A DNA stretch of 64,000 nt from Paracoccaceae bacterium (GTDB taxonomy: Bacteria > Pseudomonadota > Alphaproteobacteria > Rhodobacterales > Rhodobacteraceae), in the NCBI GenBank assembly GCA_031425675.1, contig JANPJU010000141.1:2648-66647 (forward strand), read 5' to 3'. Made by a program: the position numbers and the translations under genes. This document shows positions 1 to 12,583 of the stretch, in pieces (position 1 is the stretch's first letter; every line of letters begins with the position of its first letter). The notes beneath the pieces were generated by a model. That model did no database searches and had not been told where the DNA came from. It was given only the letters and a program-made list of their open reading frames with translations.

Positions 1-97
1 GCAACTGAAGCCTCTCAGGTTAAAGAAACGGGTCAGAGGACGAAAAATAAAGCCTTTCCAAGGCTTTGTGCCCTGTCCCGCCCGTTCGGTCATGCAG

Positions 98-119
98 AAG
101 GGCGCCCGCAGGCGCCCTT
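98..119. terminator. Rho-independent terminator-like hairpin downstream of glnA
   Basis: Perfect 9-bp stem AAGGGCGCC-cgca-GGCGCCCTT, 20 nt past the glnA stop. Confidence 0.7.
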
Positions 120-138
120 TCTTACTCTCAAGCTGCGA

Positions 139-1599
139 TCAGCAGCTATAGTACATCTGGTACTCGATCGGGTGGGGCGTATGTTCGTAGGCGTAAACCT
201 CTTCCCATTTCAGCGCCATGTAGCCTTCCAGTTGGTCCTTGGTGAACACCTCGCCGACCAACAGGAAGTCATGGTCCTTTTCCAGTTCCTCCAGCGCTTC
301 CCGGAGGGAACCGCAGACGGTCGGGATTTCGGCCAGTTCTTCCGGCGGCAGGTCGTACAGGTCCTTGTCCGACGCGGGGCCCGGGTCGATCTTGTTCTTG
401 ATGCCGTCAAGGCCGGCCATCAACAGGGCGGCAAACGCCAGATAGGGGTTCGCTGCCGGATCGGGGAAACGCGCCTCAACCCGCTTGGCTTTCGGCGATT
501 CCGTCCACGGAATACGAACGCAGCCCGACCGGTTGCGTGCCGAATACGCGCGCAGAACCGGGGCTTCAAAGCCGGGGATCAGACGCTTGTAGCTGTTGGT
601 CGACGGGTTGGTCAGCGCGTTCAGCGCCTTGGCGTGCTTCAGGATACCGCCGATGAAATACAGCGCCTCCTGGCTCAGATCGGCATACTTGTCGCCCGCG
701 AAGAGGGGCTTGCCACCCTTCCAGATCGACATGTTGACGTGCATCCCCGACCCGTTGTCGCCCTTCATGGGCTTGGGCATGAAGGTCACGGTCTTGCCGT
801 AGGCGTGGGCCACGTTGTGGATCACATACTTGTACTTCTGGATGTTGTCGGCCTGTTCGACCAGACCACCGAAGATCATCCCAAGTTCGTGCTGGCAGGT
901 CGCAACCTCGTGGTGGTGCTTGTCGACCTTGATGCCCATGCGCTTCATCGTCGACAGCATCTCGCCGCGGATGTCCTGGGCTTCGTCCACCGGGTTGACC
1001 GGGAAATAGCCGCCCTTGTGGCCCGCGCGGTGGCCGTAGTTGCCGCCTTCGGTCACAGTGTCGGTGTTCCAGGCAGCGGCTTCGGCGTCAATCTCGTAGG
1101 CCACCTTGCGGGGCGTCACTGAGTAGCGCACGTCGTCGAACAGGAAGAATTCTGCTTCCGGCCCGAAATAGGCCGCATCGCCCACGCCGGACGACTTGAG
1201 GTAAGCCTCGGCCTTCAGCGCCGTCTGACGCGGGCAGCGGCTGTAAGCCTCGCCCGTGTCAGGCTCGACCACGACGCAATGCACGCACATGGTCTTTTCG
1301 GCGTAGAACGGATCAATGTAGACCGACGCCGGATCAGGGATCAGCTTCATGTCGGACTGATCGATCGACTTCCAGCCCGCGATCGACGAGCCGTCGAACA
1401 TGAAGCCTTCCTCGAAGAAATCCTCGTCCACAAGATCGGCCACCAGCGTCACGTGCTGCAGCTTGCCCTTGGGGTCGGTAAAACGGATGTCGACGTATTC
1501 GACGTCCTCGTCCTTCATCAGTTTCAGAGCTTTCGCAACTGCGCTCATCATGCTGCCTTTCGGTTTTTCTGGTTTCGATTTCGGTTTGTCTTTGGCCAT
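139..1599 (-). CDS. glnA: Glutamine synthetase type I (alternative start at 1548 or 1551)
   Basis: Motifs [35 protein letters not shown] and the adenylylation loop DKDLYDLP; directly downstream of glnB. Confidence 0.98.
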   Translation of the reverse strand: MAKDKPKSKPEKPKGSMMSAVAKALKLMKDEDVEYVDIRFTDPKGKLQHVTLVADLVDEDFFEEGFMFDGSSIAGWKSIDQSDMKLIPDPASVYIDPFYAEKTMCVHCVVVEPDTGEAYSRCPRQTALKAEAYLKSSGVGDAAYFGPEAEFFLFDDVRYSVTPRKVAYEIDAEAAAWNTDTVTEGGNYGHRAGHKGGYFPVNPVDEAQDIRGEMLSTMKRMGIKVDKHHHEVATCQHELGMIFGGLVEQADNIQKYKYVIHNVAHAYGKTVTFMPKPMKGDNGSGMHVNMSIWKGGKPLFAGDKYADLSQEALYFIGGILKHAKALNALTNPSTNSYKRLIPGFEAPVLRAYSARNRSGCVRIPWTESPKAKRVEARFPDPAANPYLAFAALLMAGLDGIKNKIDPGPASDKDLYDLPPEELAEIPTVCGSLREALEELEKDHDFLLVGEVFTKDQLEGYMALKWEEVYAYEHTPHPIEYQMYYSC

Positions 1600-1611
1600 T
1601 CTACCCCCCTG

Positions 1612-3801
<2,190 letters not shown>

Positions 3802-3805
<4 letters not shown>

Positions 3806-4899
3806 CGCACCAGCGACCAAAGACCGACCCCCGCCGCCGCGACAAAGACCAGACCCGCACCGATGATATAGCCCAGGTTGCTGGCCACCACCGTGGGAAC
3901 CGGCTTGACCGGCGTGATCGGTCCACCGGCGGCGTCTTCCTCACCGCGGCGGATAAGTTCCAGCCAATCGGCGGCGCTGGCGATGCGGTCCTTGGACAAG
4001 ACCCGAACCGCCTTGTCGATGCTTGCCAGAAATCCTGGCGGATAGCCGGTGAACCGCCCGTCAAGGGGCAGGTAGGGGTCAGCCGACCCTTCCGCGACCT
4101 GGGCCAACCGGCGCTGGCTTTCCGGCGGGGCCTTGCCGGTGATGACGTGATAGAACGTGGCCCCCAGCGCATAAAGATCGCTTGAAGGGCTTTGCTCGGC
4201 CCCGGTAAGGTAGAATTCCTGGGGCGAATACCCATCCTTGACCACCCGCCGCCCGGTCAGCACCCGCGTCGCCTGCGCGCCCTGTTCGCTGGCCGCCCCA
4301 AAGTCGATCAGCACCGGATTGCCCGTCGGGTCGATCAGGATGTTGTCGGGCGAGATATCGCGGTGCAGGATTCCCGCCTGATGGATGAACTCCACCGCAC
4401 TAAGCATCTTCTTCAGCATTTCAACAATCTGGTCGGGCGTGAAGGCCTGATCGGTCGAGCTGAGGACATCCAGAAGATCCTTGCCGGCGATATAGTCGAT
4501 GGCCATGTAGGCGGTATCGTTGTCTTCGAACACCTGATGCACGCCGACGATATTGGGATGCACCAACCGTGCCAGACTGCGGGCCTCATCGACAAAGCTT
4601 TGCACGAAACTGCGGTAATCGACCTGATGCTTGCGCGATCTTGCCCGCACGATTGTGGTGCTGCGCCGGCAAAGTGCGTTTGGAAAACATTCCTTGATGA
4701 CGACAGTGCGCTCCAGCGAATCCTTGGCCAGATAGGTGATGCCGAACCCGCCCGAATTCAGGAAGCCCAGAATGGTGTATTGGCCGCCCAGAAGCTGGGT
4801 GCCTTGCTTGAGGTCATCGGCGAAGACGTCGGGATCAACCTTGTAGGGCTCTGCGTCAAGGCGGGTGTCTATCTGGGTTGGGCCGGGCATCGTTTGCAT
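3802..4899 (-). CDS. Hanks-type Ser/Thr protein kinase with a C-terminal TM helix
   Basis: SGGFGITY, VVIKE, HRDISPDN, DFG, GYSPQE, SDLYALG; C-terminal hydrophobic helix; start uncertain (4899 or 4890). Confidence 0.9.
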
Positions 4900-5390
4900 T
4901 TTCCAGTCTGGTACAATCACACAAAAGCGCCGGACTGCCCCGTGGCCGACCGAGCCCACCTTTTCGCACTGCCGCAGGTCGGTCGGGTGATTTGCTGTGG
5001 TCGAGCCACCACTTTACCGGGCCAAGGGATCTTCAGGCTGAAGTTTGTCACGTCTGACAGGCAAGGTCAGCGGAAATTTTGACGGTCCCTCTGGCGCAGC
5101 AGGACAAGGGCCTTCGCAGGAATGGCGCAGGGCGCGGGTCGGCAATTGCCACAATCGGGAGGTAGAACTGGCACAATGCATTGAAAAATATACGAGAAGT
5201 AAAAGTTTGCTGCCCGGCGGTATCCGCGGGGTCCGGTTGACATGCTGCACCTGCCATGTGGCAAGAAAGACAACAGTTGCAGCGGGATGGCGGCGTTTCT
5301 TCGCGGATCAAAGCGCTCGCGCTACCGCTGCGGTTGCACAAACGGGGAAACTGTCAGTGGTGGGCCCGCAGCAATTGATTCGCGCGGGTC

Positions 5391-6965
5391 TCAGCCCGGC
5401 TGCCAGACCTTCGCGGGCTGGTCTGGTTGAAGGATCTGGAAGCTGCCCGCTGCCAGCGTCTGCCAAGGGGCTTCGCGCCCATCGGGCCAGATGACCCGCA
5501 CCTCGGCCTTCGCGGCTGCGCCAAGGCCAAAATGGAGCCAGCCGACCGATCCGCTGACATGCCCGCCGCCCGAGGTGACCTCGTGGCGTTCCACACCCTC
5601 GCCGCGGCGCAGTTCGATCACTGCGCCGATGGCGTCGCGGTTCGGCCCCGGCTGTTCGAGCCGCAGCTGGACCCAAGCCCCCTGCAGCGCGGCATCTTGC
5701 GCCAGATCCCCGCGCCAGACCTGCGCCTGGCTCCATCGGTTGACCACGACAAGATCAAGCGCGCCGTCCAGGTTAAGGTCCACCACCTGTGCCCCGCGTG
5801 AAATGGCCATGCTGGCCACACCGGCGCGGTCGCCAGCTTCGACAAACGTGCCATCCTCGGTTTGCAGCATCAGATTGTTCGGGTCAGCCGCCGCAAAATC
5901 CGGCATCTCCGCCACGTTTCCCTTGGCCACGAAAAGATCAAGCCGCCCGTCGTTATTCACGTCTGCAAACTGCGGGTGCCAGGCGGTGGACGGGCGAACG
6001 TCGTCCCCGGTATAGGGCCGGTGCGCGGTCACGCCAGTCTTGAAGGCGATGTCGGCGAAATCGGGTTGGCCTGTTGCGGGGTCCTTCAACACCTGAAACT
6101 TGTTGTCGGCCATGCTTGTCAGGAAATAATCCGGGTATCCGTCTTGCGTGATGTCGGCGCTGGCAATGCCCATTCCCCAGATGCGCAGCCGCTTCCAGCC
6201 ATCGTCCTTTTCGGTGAAAAGGCGTGGCGGCTGGCCTGGGTCCAGATGCCACATCTGTTCTTGCCCGCCCTTGTAATATTCTCGGTCGTTCGACACCCGC
6301 AGGGACGGCTGGCCGGATCTGTTCCAGTCGGTGAACAGCATCGACAGCGCGCAGAAGGACGGGGTCAGGGGCAGGGGGGGCGCAAAGGCCATGCCATCGG
6401 GCCGGTGCAGCCAGTTGTCGGTGCAAGACCCCCAGGGAAACGCCTCTTCCTTCCGGTCGACATAGTTGCCGATGGCAATGGTGGGCCAGATTTGACCCTT
6501 CTCCCAGATCGCGGCAAAGGCGGTGGACCAGGCATCGCCGCCATCAAAGCCCCAGGCGGCACTGGCATCTTCGAACGCACAGTTGCCAAGGCCCCGGTAG
6601 ATCCGGTTTTCCCCCAGCCGCAGAACCACCAGGTCCATCACCCCGTCGCTGTCGATGTCCAGCGGATAGGCACCAAGCACGGCATCCATCGCCAGCGCAT
6701 CGGTCTTGTCGAAAACCAGTGCCCCGCCCTGGGGGCTGCGGTTCAGATAGAGCGCAGATTGCCCCGCCCCGCCAGACAGGAACACCTCGGGAAACCGGTC
6801 GCCCGAGCAGTCAAAGGTCGCTACCCCGCCGCCGACCATATACTCCCACTCGCCCTCGTAGACAGTGCCAAGGCCCGCTGTGGCGGTTTCGTCGATGAAA
6901 GTCGGGATCATGGGTTCGGCAAGGGCAGGGCTGGCGGCAAGGGCCGCAATCAAGGCATAGCGCAT
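5391..6965 (-). CDS. CRTAC1-family secreted protein (FG-GAP/VCBS repeats plus ASPIC/UnbV domain)
   Basis: Signal peptide; repeated D-x-D-x-D-G-x-x-D-L loops (DIDSDGVMDLV, DVNNDGRLDLF, DLNLDGALDLV); C-terminal NRDAIGAVI...LHFGLG...VIWPDG. Confidence 0.85.
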   Translation of the reverse strand: MRYALIAALAASPALAEPMIPTFIDETATAGLGTVYEGEWEYMVGGGVATFDCSGDRFPEVFLSGGAGQSALYLNRSPQGGALVFDKTDALAMDAVLGAYPLDIDSDGVMDLVVLRLGENRIYRGLGNCAFEDASAAWGFDGGDAWSTAFAAIWEKGQIWPTIAIGNYVDRKEEAFPWGSCTDNWLHRPDGMAFAPPLPLTPSFCALSMLFTDWNRSGQPSLRVSNDREYYKGGQEQMWHLDPGQPPRLFTEKDDGWKRLRIWGMGIASADITQDGYPDYFLTSMADNKFQVLKDPATGQPDFADIAFKTGVTAHRPYTGDDVRPSTAWHPQFADVNNDGRLDLFVAKGNVAEMPDFAAADPNNLMLQTEDGTFVEAGDRAGVASMAISRGAQVVDLNLDGALDLVVVNRWSQAQVWRGDLAQDAALQGAWVQLRLEQPGPNRDAIGAVIELRRGEGVERHEVTSGGGHVSGSVGWLHFGLGAAAKAEVRVIWPDGREAPWQTLAAGSFQILQPDQPAKVWQPG

Positions 6966-6969
6966 CGGA

Positions 6970-8277
6970 TCAGGCCTTTGTCTTCAAGGCAGCGGCATAG
7001 GCCCCGATGCAACGGCCCTGGGTCGTGCCTGCTTCATTGCCGTAACGGAAGTGGATGCCGCCATAAAGGCGCGACAGGGCCGCATCTTCGGCCGCCTCGG
7101 CAAAGCTGTTGAACCGGCGGGTCGGCAGGCCTTCGGCTTCATGTGTCAGGTCGTCAAAGGCGAAGTTTTCGCCAAACACCGCCGTAAGTGCGATGGCCGC
7201 GGCGGCCGATACGGTTGAGTGTCCCGATGGGTATTCCGGGAAGGGCGGCGTGATCAGCAGCGGTTCCCATTTCGGGTCGATGTGCCGGCGGATATAGGTC
7301 ACCGGGCGCAGGGAGTTGAATTCGAACTTCGCTTCCCAGCAGCCAATGAAGGCATCCGCCATCGCAATTCCCAGGATCGCCATCATCGGGGCGATTTCAG
7401 CGGCGGGCATGGCCTGCTGGTCACCCAGCCCGATCGCAATCGAAATCCAGTGACCGGGGGGGGTAGAGGACAGCATCGGGTCATCTGACCAGAAACGGGC
7501 GGTCAGTTTCTGGTCGGGCGTCAGATTGTTGACCGTCTCATAAACCTCCATTGCCGCCTTGTAGAGGTCAGAGTTAGGGTCTTCGCTATAGGCGGGCGGC
7601 GCGGACAGGGCGCAGCTGTTGCCGGCGGGCATGGCAAAGGTGCGGTTTTGCCCCCAGCTGGGCAGAAGCGGGGCCTGCTGCTGGCGGATCAGGCTGGTGG
7701 GCACCCACTCCATCGGGTTGGTGCCGGGGGTGTAAGTTAGTGGGAACCCCATGTTTTCCACGACAGCGCCGCCATCATCCATCGACCAGGCCAGCACATG
7801 CGCCGCCACGGCCTCGCCATGAGCGATGCTGCGCAGGACGACATCTTCGGCAATCCCGTCCATCGCCTTGTTGCCGAGCGATTCCGCCAGCTTCGTCATG
7901 GCGCGCTGGCCGGTCGGACCAGTGTTGGAAAAGAAATTCTGCGCCGAGGCTGCCAGCGTTGAGTGCAACACGCACGCCTCATCATAAGGGCCTGCCTCAC
8001 GCGCTGGTGGCGGGGTCAGCCCGTTCACCTGACCCGCCAGCGACAAGAGGTCCGCGTTGCCCGTCGCCAGTGCCTCATGCGCGGCGATGCCAATGTAGGC
8101 GAAGGCGCGCGATGCGACTGGGGGCGAATAGGTGGCGGTATGGCGGACCAGTTCCAGCACCAGCCGGTACCAGGTGGTGACCATATCCCGCTCAATCTCT
8201 TGCCGGTCGGCGGCCCACAGGGGGCGGGCGACCAGTGCCAGTGGCAGCGCAAGCAGGTGGCGGCGGTGCAGGTTCAT
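6970..8277 (-). CDS. Vanadium-dependent haloperoxidase-like protein (PAP2 superfamily), probable Tat substrate
   Basis: KFEFNSLRP, PPFPEYPSGHS and SRLYGGIHF vanadate/phosphate-binding motifs; N-terminal HRRHLL plus hydrophobic stretch. Confidence 0.85.
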   Translation of the reverse strand: MNLHRRHLLALPLALVARPLWAADRQEIERDMVTTWYRLVLELVRHTATYSPPVASRAFAYIGIAAHEALATGNADLLSLAGQVNGLTPPPAREAGPYDEACVLHSTLAASAQNFFSNTGPTGQRAMTKLAESLGNKAMDGIAEDVVLRSIAHGEAVAAHVLAWSMDDGGAVVENMGFPLTYTPGTNPMEWVPTSLIRQQQAPLLPSWGQNRTFAMPAGNSCALSAPPAYSEDPNSDLYKAAMEVYETVNNLTPDQKLTARFWSDDPMLSSTPPGHWISIAIGLGDQQAMPAAEIAPMMAILGIAMADAFIGCWEAKFEFNSLRPVTYIRRHIDPKWEPLLITPPFPEYPSGHSTVSAAAAIALTAVFGENFAFDDLTHEAEGLPTRRFNSFAEAAEDAALSRLYGGIHFRYGNEAGTTQGRCIGAYAAALKTKA

Positions 8278-8374
8278 TATCGGTCCCCTCCCAGGGTTGG
8301 CCCGAAGGCTCGGAGGGTTATGCCAAGCCTGCGACAACCCGGCAAGCGTTTATGATGGCGCTAACCCTGCGGCC

Positions 8375-9748
8375 TTACCCGCGTCCCGTCAGCCAGTTTC
8401 CGACCGCGGCAAGCCGTGATGGCCCCGCGCCGGGCCGTGCTTCGCGTCGGTCGGCAGCGTTCAGCAAGGCGTACATGCCGTGCACGCCCAGCCAGCGGAA
8501 GGGCTCAGGCTCCCACGGGCGCACCTGACGGTTGACCCAAGACAAGTGGACAAGATCGGTGTCGCGGCCCAGCACAAGGTCAGCCAGCGTGCGCCCCGCC
8601 AGGTTCGACGTGGACACCCCGACCCCCACATACCCCCCGGCCCAGCCAAGCCCCGAGGCCGGATCAAGCCCCACCCTCGCCCACCAGTCGCGCGGCACGC
8701 CCAGCACACCGCACCATGCGTGGTCGATCCGTGCCTTCGCCGCTGCCGGGAACAGCCGGTGCAGGTTGGCGGTCAGGCGGCGGATGGTTTCAGCGTCTGG
8801 CGCGCCGTTGGTGTCAAGGTTGGACCCGAACCGGTACGGCACGCCCCGCGCGCCCACGGTGATCCGCCCTTCCCGCGTGCGCTGGCAATAGCTGTAGGCG
8901 TTGGCGAAATCGCCGACGATCTCTTGCCCCTGCCAGCCGATCTGGTCCCAGATGTCTTGCGGCAACGGCTCGGTGGCGATCTGGGCCGAATTCATCGGCA
9001 GCCATTCGCGTTTCCGCCCCGGCAGCCCCGCCGTGAACCCCTCGGTGCAGCGCAGGATGACGGGTGCCCTGACAACGCCGTGGTCCGTGGTGACCACACT
9101 TTTTTCGTAGGCTGTGACCGCAGTCCCCTCAACCAGCCGCACGCCCAGCCGCTCCACCACCGCTGCCAGCCCGCGCACCAGTTTCGCCGGCTGCACACGC
9201 GCGACGTTCTGCACCACCATCGCCCCCAGCGCGCCGGGGATGCTGATGCGGTCTGCCAGGTCTGCTGCCCCCATTTCGAACACCCGGCCCTCCTCGCCCC
9301 AGTGCCGCCGATGTGCCACCTCATCCCGCAGCCGCCTCACCTGCGAGGGCCGGGTGGCCACCATCAACTCATCAGTCCGCATGATGTCGGCGTTGATCCC
9401 TTCCGCCTCGGCCACGCGGATCACCTCATCCACCGTGCCGTTCATCGCCTCGACCATCGCCCGCACGGCATGTTCCGAAGAGGTTTGCACATAGCGTTCG
9501 TGGTTCCAGGCAAAACCGCCCGTCAACCAGCCGCCATTGCGGCCCGAGGCGCCGAAACCGGCGAACTCTTTCTCGATCACCAGCACATCAAGGGCCGGGT
9601 TCGCCTGTTTCAGATAATAGGCCGCCCAAAGCCCGCTGTAGCCTGCGCCGATGATCGCAACATCCGCTGTCGTGTCTCCCGACAGGGGCGCACGGCGGTA
9701 GGGGAGGCCAATATCGCCGTACCAGAAGGAAACGTCGCCAATCTTCAT
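8375..9748 (-). CDS. FAD-dependent oxidoreductase (DAO/PuuB-like)
   Basis: DVAIIGAGYSGL, GASGRNGGW, QPAKLVRGL, GGYVGVGV; start MKIGDVSFW at 9748. Confidence 0.85.
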   Translation of the reverse strand: MKIGDVSFWYGDIGLPYRRAPLSGDTTADVAIIGAGYSGLWAAYYLKQANPALDVLVIEKEFAGFGASGRNGGWLTGGFAWNHERYVQTSSEHAVRAMVEAMNGTVDEVIRVAEAEGINADIMRTDELMVATRPSQVRRLRDEVAHRRHWGEEGRVFEMGAADLADRISIPGALGAMVVQNVARVQPAKLVRGLAAVVERLGVRLVEGTAVTAYEKSVVTTDHGVVRAPVILRCTEGFTAGLPGRKREWLPMNSAQIATEPLPQDIWDQIGWQGQEIVGDFANAYSYCQRTREGRITVGARGVPYRFGSNLDTNGAPDAETIRRLTANLHRLFPAAAKARIDHAWCGVLGVPRDWWARVGLDPASGLGWAGGYVGVGVSTSNLAGRTLADLVLGRDTDLVHLSWVNRQVRPWEPEPFRWLGVHGMYALLNAADRREARPGAGPSRLAAVGNWLTGRG

Positions 9749-9907
9749 TCCTGTATGCCCCGTCCTGTAGACCGCGTGCCGCAGTTTGAAAACTTGGTAG
9801 GCCCCGAAGGCCGCCCACGGCAAGGGTCTTCCCGCAGCGCGCACGGGTTGGGAACCGTTGCCCGCCGTGTTAGGCCTTCCGCCACCGCCGCAAAGGGGAC
9901 CCCAGCG

Positions 9908-10606
9908 ATGACCAAGAAAATCTGCCTTGTAACCGGCGCCGGGCGAGGGATCGGCGCCGCCATCGCGCGCGAAATGCACACGCGCGGCTATGGTCTGGTG
10001 CTGATGTCCCCGTCTGAGAACTGCGAAAAGCTGGCAGCCGAGCTTGGCGGCGTGGCCCATCGCGGTGTGGTGCAGAACCCGGACGACCTGAAAGCCGTCG
10101 TTGATCTGGCGATGGCCACCCACGGCCGGATCGACGCCGTGCTGAACCACACCGGCCACCCGCCAAAGGGCGACCTGCTAGAGATATCGGATGAAAACTG
10201 GGACCTTGCGCATGACATGATTGTCAAGCCCGTGATCCGCATGGCCCGGCTGGTGACGCCGATCATGGCGGCGCAAGGTGCGGGCGCGATTGTGAATGTC
10301 ACCACCTATGCGGTGGCCGAACCGTCGCTATGGTTCCCGGCGTCGTGTGTCTACCGGGCGGGGGTGGCGTCCTTCACCAAACTTTACGCCGACAGGTATG
10401 GCCCGCAGAACATCCGGATGAACTGTCTAGCCCCCGGCTTTACCGACAGCCTTGATGTGGGCAAATACGGCGATCTGGCCGCCCTGAAACGCATCGCGCG
10501 GGTGGAAGAACAGGCCAAGGCCGCCGCCTTTCTGTTGACCGACGACAGCAGCTATGTCACCGGCCAGACCCTGATCGTCGATGGCGGCACGACCCGGCAT
10601 GTCTGA
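9908..10606 (+). CDS. Short-chain dehydrogenase/reductase (SDR)
   Basis: TGAGRGIG, YRAGVASFTK, NCLAPG, VTGQTLIVDGG. Confidence 0.9.
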   Translation: MTKKICLVTGAGRGIGAAIAREMHTRGYGLVLMSPSENCEKLAAELGGVAHRGVVQNPDDLKAVVDLAMATHGRIDAVLNHTGHPPKGDLLEISDENWDLAHDMIVKPVIRMARLVTPIMAAQGAGAIVNVTTYAVAEPSLWFPASCVYRAGVASFTKLYADRYGPQNIRMNCLAPGFTDSLDVGKYGDLAALKRIARVEEQAKAAAFLLTDDSSYVTGQTLIVDGGTTRHV

Positions 10607-10611
10607 GGGAA

Positions 10612-10688
10612 TGGTAGGCCCGGAGGGACTCGAACCCCCAACCAAGGCGTTATGAGCGCCCTGCTCTAACCAATTGAGCTACAGGCCC
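10612..10688 (-). tRNA. tRNA with CAU anticodon, most like tRNA-Ile2 (lysidine-modified)
   Basis: 77-nt cloverleaf GGGCCTGTAGCTCAATTGGTTAGAGCAGGGCGCTCATAACGCC...TTCGAGT...CCA; the GGTTAGAGCA D-arm and CTCATAA loop resemble ileX, and it lacks initiator features. Confidence 0.9.
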
Positions 10689-10797
10689 GTAGCGGCCCTA
10701 CGCCTAGCAGAACCGGCAGAACGGTCAAGCACTGGGGCTTTGTTGCGAAAAGCCAAGGAACCGCGTATGGGGGCCGCGACAGCAAGGGAGCGGTGCA

Positions 10798-11844
10798 ATG
10801 GCTACGGGACACAACGGGCTTACCTATGCCGATGCAGGCGTGGATATCGACGCCGGCAACGCGCTGGTGGACCGTATCAAGCCTGCCGCCAAAGCCACGT
10901 CACGCCCCGGCGTGATGGGCGGGCTTGGCGGGTTTGGCGCGCTGTTTGACCTCAAGGCCGCGGGATACACCGATCCGGTTCTGGTGGCCGCAACGGACGG
11001 TGTCGGCACCAAGTTGCGCATCGCCATCGACACCGGCCATGTTGACACCATTGGCATCGACCTTGTGGCCATGTGCGTGAACGATCTGGTCTGTCAGGGG
11101 GCTGAACCCCTGTTTTTCCTGGACTACTTCGCCACCGGCAAGCTGGAGCTGGATCAGGCGACCCGCATCATCACTGGCATCGCCAAAGGTTGCGCCGACA
11201 GTGGGTGCGCCCTGATCGGGGGTGAGACGGCTGAGATGCCCGGCATGTATCACAAGGGCGACTTTGACCTTGCCGGTTTCGCCGTCGGCGCGATGGAGCG
11301 GGGGACGGAACTGCCCTCAGGCGTGCAGGCGGGCGATGTGATCCTTGGCCTTGCCTCGAACGGCGTGCATTCCAACGGCTACAGCTTTGTCCGCAAGGTG
11401 GTTGAGCTTTCGGGTCTGGGCTGGGAGGCCGCATCGCCGTTCAGCGATGGCACGCTGGGGCAGGCGCTTCTTACCCCCACGCGGCTCTATGTGAAACAGG
11501 CCCTTGCCGCGATCCGCGCGGGCGGGGTGCATGGGCTGGCCCATATCACCGGTGGTGGCATCACCGAAAACCCGCCGCGCGTGCTGCCCGAAGGGCTGGC
11601 GTGTGAGATTGAGCTTGGGTCATGGCAGTTGCCGCCGGTCTTCCGCTGGCTGGCGACCACCGCCAACATGGCCGAGGCCGAACTGCTCAAGACCTTCAAC
11701 TGCGGCATCGGCATGATTGTGGTCGTGGCCGAAGATCGTGCCGACGCCCTGACCGCCCTGCTGCAAGCCGAAGGTGAGACCGTCAGCCGCATGGGGACCA
11801 TCATCGAAGGGCAGGGGGTCCACTACACCGGACGCCTGCTGTGA
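10798..11844 (+). CDS. purM: Phosphoribosylformylglycinamidine cyclo-ligase
   Basis: [53 protein letters not shown]. Confidence 0.97.
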   Translation: MATGHNGLTYADAGVDIDAGNALVDRIKPAAKATSRPGVMGGLGGFGALFDLKAAGYTDPVLVAATDGVGTKLRIAIDTGHVDTIGIDLVAMCVNDLVCQGAEPLFFLDYFATGKLELDQATRIITGIAKGCADSGCALIGGETAEMPGMYHKGDFDLAGFAVGAMERGTELPSGVQAGDVILGLASNGVHSNGYSFVRKVVELSGLGWEAASPFSDGTLGQALLTPTRLYVKQALAAIRAGGVHGLAHITGGGITENPPRVLPEGLACEIELGSWQLPPVFRWLATTANMAEAELLKTFNCGIGMIVVVAEDRADALTALLQAEGETVSRMGTIIEGQGVHYTGRLL

Positions 11845-12428
11845 AACGGGTCGCCATCCTGATTTCCGGGGGTGGCTCAAACATGCTGGCGCTTGTGGCC
11901 TCGATGAATGGCGACCACCCGGCTCGGCCTGTCCTTGTCGCGTCGAATGACCCCATGGCCACGGGGTTGCAGCGCGCCAGTGCGCTGGGGCTGACCACCG
12001 CCGCAGTCGATCACCGTCCTTACGGAAAGGACCGCGCTGGGTTTGAGGCCGCGCTTGTGCAGCATATCGAAGCTGCCCAACCCGACATTCTGTGCCTTGC
12101 GGGCTTCATGCGCATCCTGACCCCCGGCTTCATCGCCCGGTTTGAGGGCCGGATGCTGAACATCCACCCCTCGCTTCTGCCGCTTTATCCCGGCCTGCAC
12201 ACCCACGCCCGGGCGCTGGCCGCTGGCGACAAGGAAGCTGGCTGCACCGTCCACGAGGTCACCGCCGACCTTGACGCAGGCCCCCTTCTTGGTCAGGCTC
12301 GCGTGCCCGTCCTGCCAGGTGACACGGAGGCCAGCCTTTCCGCCCGCGTCCTGAGCGCCGAGCATCAGCTTTACCCCGCCGCCCTATACCGCTTTGCTGC
12401 TGGCGACCGCACGCCGCTTTTTCTGTAA
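11841..12428 (+). CDS. purN: Phosphoribosylglycinamide formyltransferase
   Basis: [36 protein letters not shown]. Confidence 0.97.
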   Translation: MKRVAILISGGGSNMLALVASMNGDHPARPVLVASNDPMATGLQRASALGLTTAAVDHRPYGKDRAGFEAALVQHIEAAQPDILCLAGFMRILTPGFIARFEGRMLNIHPSLLPLYPGLHTHARALAAGDKEAGCTVHEVTADLDAGPLLGQARVPVLPGDTEASLSARVLSAEHQLYPAALYRFAAGDRTPLFL

Positions 12429-12429
12429 G

Positions 12430-12490
12430 CCCCCCCGTGCAAGTCCGCCCCGTGCAAGTCCGCCCCGTGCAAGCCCCCGTGCAAGCCCCC
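12430..12490. repeat. Short tandem repeat (CCCCGTGCAAG core x4; periods 15, 15, 12)
   Basis: Core copies at 12433, 12448, 12463 and 12475. Confidence 0.85.
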
Positions 12491-12583
12491 ATGACCGCCC
12501 GTCGCAGGGCTTCCCAATCCGGTCTTCCGGCACTATAGCGGAAAGAACCCCCGGCGGGATGACCCCGCGACGAAAGGCGGCCC

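Noticed and set aside
5169-5183. TGGCAC sigma54-like -24 element
   Set aside because: No GC at the required GG-N10-GC spacing, and no plus-strand gene downstream.
5045-5494. 149-aa plus-strand ORF and other short ORFs in the kinase-CRTAC1 gap
   Set aside because: No RBS, motif or protein-like composition; it overlaps the CRTAC1 3' end antisense.
8480-10606. Long overlapping or antisense ORFs (also 14980-16440, 24908-26596, 34453-35865, 37410-39524, 61741-63009)
   Set aside because: Shadow frames of real high-GC genes with no family motifs. The only real part of 8480-10606 is the SDR from 9908.
10612-10640. att duplication of the tRNA 3' end
   Set aside because: No second copy found by eye in the window, and no integrase.
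12430-12490. Possible CRISPR array
   Set aside because: Units are 12-15 nt with no unique spacers, and there are no cas genes.
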